Shown here in pieces: positions 61,301 through 64,000 of a DNA stretch of 64,000 nt (the first letter of the stretch is position 1; every line of letters starts with the position of its first letter). The DNA is taken from positions 1,269,751-1,333,750 of the forward strand of contig OZ037773.1 in the NCBI GenBank assembly GCA_964035545.1. Direction: 5' to 3'. The notes under the pieces were generated by a model. It was given only the letters and a program-made list of their open reading frames with translations, made no database searches and had not been told where the DNA came from. A program made the translations under genes and the position numbers. The stretch comes from Bugula neritina (Eukaryota > Animalia > Bryozoa).

Positions 61301-63490
61301 TCTGCAGCTGAGTGCCAATAACTCCAAATGTGTGGCAAGCAATCAATTAATGTGATCTTTGTAGCTCAATGAAACATGATGTAGTTCAATAGTTTTAAGA
61401 TATCGATCATCGCCTTAGGATTTTATTGGTTTAACCGCTGTGAGGTCACTTCCTGTAGAGAATGGACTGGATTCGGCTGCAGCAGGTAGTGAAGAGGAGG
61501 CAGGTGCTAGCAGTGATGAGGATCATAATATCAGTGACATAGACACTGATGTGACCGATGATGAGGTTGAAGAGGATGTAGATAGTATTCCCATTGATTT
61601 AGAGCTGGACAAGGAAGACAACTCCCAGTGTCAAGGTTAGACAGCTTCTCCAAGTAATATATGTGATGTGTGTCAGGGAGCAGCCGTGGTCTAGGGGTTA
61701 GAGCATTTGCTTAGTAAGCACGTAGTCATGGATTTGAACCCTGAAAAGGTCATTTGGGATGTTAGGAAGAGCATCCAGTCATAATTGCTCTTGTGCCCTC
61801 TCTGAACAAGTCCTTAGTCCGATTTAACCAAATAACCCATTCAATCAGGGGTTTCTCACAGGGATGGCAACTATAAGCCTGCCCAAGTTTATATATATGT
61901 GTGTTGTTGAACTGCAGCTGTGCTTGAGGCGCGTAGGCGTAGTACTTTACTTGTTTAGAACTTATGAATATGAATTGTATGAAGTGGTGACAGTTGAAGG
62001 CTGGACACCTGCCATTAGAGTATTTATCTCCCTCTATTCACTAGTTACCAGGTTAAACTTTACTGTGGAGGCGTAGGTGGTGGTTGGTGTAAGCCGTAGT
62101 GTGACCTCCCAACAACCTCTGGAAGGTCTTTCTCATACTCTATAATATAATGGGGTCACAGCGAATACTTCTAAGGGTTACTTCAGGCTGATTTTGTTAA
62201 TCTTCGGCTATATTTCACAGCAACATCCTTTTTATTGATAAAAATCTTTCAATTAGTAAACCGAGTTTGTGTCAGATGTGTGACAAATAGCCGTCCATTT
62301 AGTCTATTAAATTCAACTTAGGTAAATAACTTGATAACTTGGGCCATGTGTTGCAACATAGCAGTTCATGGACTTGCATATTTTTGAGAAAGAAGTCTAT
62401 TGTGATGTAACACCAGGAATAACCAACCAGTAGCTAGATCTCTTCTCACTGCACCATTGGATATCAGATCTGTAGTCACTGTGTTTTCTCTAAATTAATA
62501 GCTCTTTGCATGTCTATTATGTTCAATGGCTGATCAGATGTGATGAAATTTATTCCTGTTACCTTGTCTTGCCAATTTCTGCAGCCAACCATCTCTCTCC
62601 GTCTCTCACCAGGATATCCATGACTCACCTTCAAATTAATTATTCTATTATTGAAATTCTTGCATCTATTAAAACCATTGGTTTAGTGATTTTTTAGGTG
62701 AAACATTGTTTTTAAATGTTTATTTCTATTCAAATCTACAGCATTCTCTCACCTAAGAGTAAAGGTAACTTTGAATCATGGAAATAAATATAGCATATCT
62801 ACACTGGCATATCTACACTGACATATATACACTGGCATATCTACACTAACATATCTACACTAACATATATACACTGACATATATACACTCGCATATATAT
62901 GCTGACACATCTACACTGGCATATATACACTGACATATCTACACTGACATATATACACTAGCATATATCCACTGACATATATACACTGACCTATATACAC
63001 TGGCCTATCTACACTGGCATATATACACTGACATATATACACTGACATATCTACACTGACATATATACACCGACATATATACACTGACATATATACACTG
63101 ACATATATACACTGACATATATACACTGGCATATATACACTGGCATATATACACTGGCATATATACACTGACATATATACACTGACATATATACACTGGC
63201 ATATATACACTGACATATATACACTGACATATCTACTGCTTTTTAGTCTTTATATATAAGAAGTGCATCTACTCATCTTTAATGGAAAACCTACTATCAA
63301 CAGTTACTTACATGCTTTTTATTCTTTATATTTGGTAATCGGTTTTAATTTTCTTCCTGTTGAAGTATTGAGAGGCTACTGGGTGGTCATTCGTTGTCTT
63401 TGTTGTGGAGTTGTCATCCTTCAGGGGGTTTGGACCATCTTGTTGGACCTGCCAGTCACTTTCTATACAAGCAGCCGCAAAACACAGATG
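49346..63490 (+). CDS. DICER1: Endoribonuclease Dicer-1 (helicase, DUF283, platform, PAZ, linker); RNase III domains lie beyond the window
   Basis: Exons 49346-49423, 49724-49880, 50433-50612, 51028-51246, 51595-51770, 51866-52039, 52850-53003, 53559-53668, 53928-54084, 54316-54468, 54679-54875, 55092-55193, 55397-55536, 56691-56820, 57122-57197, 57800-57945, 58056-58232, 58615-58825, 58921-59079, 59168-59339, 59697-59927, 60616-60815, 61459-61635, and tentatively 63425-about 63490. Motifs FGLTAS, ELGAWCA, TPKVRKL, DLPKCNL, AIGLLNRYCAKLPSD, GELDANLAPIGKE, FPVFTRSG, DAVVMPSYRNQDQP, QPLLDVD..SGRLNL.TPRYINQKG, QILIPELC.IHP. Confidence 0.95.
50750..50925. repeat. 19-bp minisatellite (ctctaccatcatctctcta)n
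   Basis: Direct reading. Confidence 0.88.
54088..54262. repeat. 20-bp minisatellite (gtgtgacatcatagtatata)n
   Basis: Direct reading. Confidence 0.9.
55755..56570. repeat. 17-bp minisatellite (agttacagtgacgtagt)n
   Basis: Direct reading. Confidence 0.95.
57203..57790. repeat. 22-bp minisatellite filling nearly an entire Dicer intron
   Basis: Unit tactgtagtactagtgtagtta; the intron spans 57198-57799. Confidence 0.95.
59347..59675. repeat. About 44-bp minisatellite filling a Dicer PAZ-region intron
   Basis: Unit actctagaggtacttgtatgctgtatagtatatacagtatgtac; the intron spans 59340-59696. Confidence 0.92.
61676..61890 (+). mobile_element. tRNA-derived SINE copy
   Basis: gggagcagccgtggtctaggggttagagc...gatttgaaccc head plus family body and tail. 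Confidence 0.85.
62795..63235. repeat. 14-bp minisatellite (acatatatacactg)n
   Basis: Direct reading. Confidence 0.93.
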
Positions 63491-64000
63491 TGTATGTGAC
63501 ACAGTACCAGTGGTACTGTACTGCTGGTACAGGACTAGTGGTACAGTACTGCTGGTACAGGACTAGTGGTACAGTACTAGTGGTACAGGACTAGTGGTAC
63601 AGTACTAGTGGTACAGGACTAGTGGTACCGGACCAGTGGTACAGGACCGCTGGTAGATAGAGAATGCCAATCTCTGTGAATTCTTTAAATGACCCAACTT
63701 ATTTTGTCAACAGTCGAATGAGAAAATGTTGCGTTTCTGTAGGCCATTTCTAAGGTTTAGCTTTTCTTGGATTTGAATTTTATCTTCTGCTGGTAATTTG
63801 GAGACATTTGCAAAGTTCCTGCAGGTAATAATTATTAGTAAATGTTTGTGTTGAATCACCCTGCCCTGGGTCTAGTTTAGAGGCATATTTTTGGCACCTG
63901 TGAAGCTAAAATTATGCACATCAGGTAGAGTCAATTACATAATGTTGGCACGTAATTCGGCCCAGGTGCACCAATATGTTATTCTTGCTATCTTTCTGGA

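Noticed and set aside
62506-62697. Possible Dicer exon near 62585
   Set aside because: No Dicer-like sequence and no convincing donor; exons 61459-61635 and 63425 onward already join in phase.

Overview
AT-rich, intron-rich animal genomic DNA, probably a lophotrochozoan invertebrate (inferred from gene content and style, not proven). Hand-built spliced gene models, left to right: the 5' part of a GH35 beta-galactosidase-like gene (minus); a complete 13-exon VRK1 kinase (+); two paralogous two-exon ZAR1-like 3CxxC zinc-finger genes (minus), one nested in a VRK1 intron and one tail-to-tail with the VRK1 3' end; a flavin-containing monooxygenase (+); an 8-exon orphan rhodopsin-class GPCR (+); cytoplasmic tryptophanyl-tRNA synthetase (minus); and Dicer-1 (+, from helicase through PAZ, running off the right edge). 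Repeats include a tRNA-derived SINE family (6 copies), several MITE/foldback elements, a decayed RTE LINE and many intronic minisatellites. Most notable observations: (1) the minimal ZAR1-like/3CxxC gene pair, with a shared upstream block and NF-kB-like sites; (2) a Dicer whose helicase ATPase motifs are degenerate; (3) repeated tandem duplication of splice junctions in three genes; (4) VRK1-WARS1-DICER1 linkage that mirrors human 14q32. All exon coordinates were read by eye and have no transcript support.
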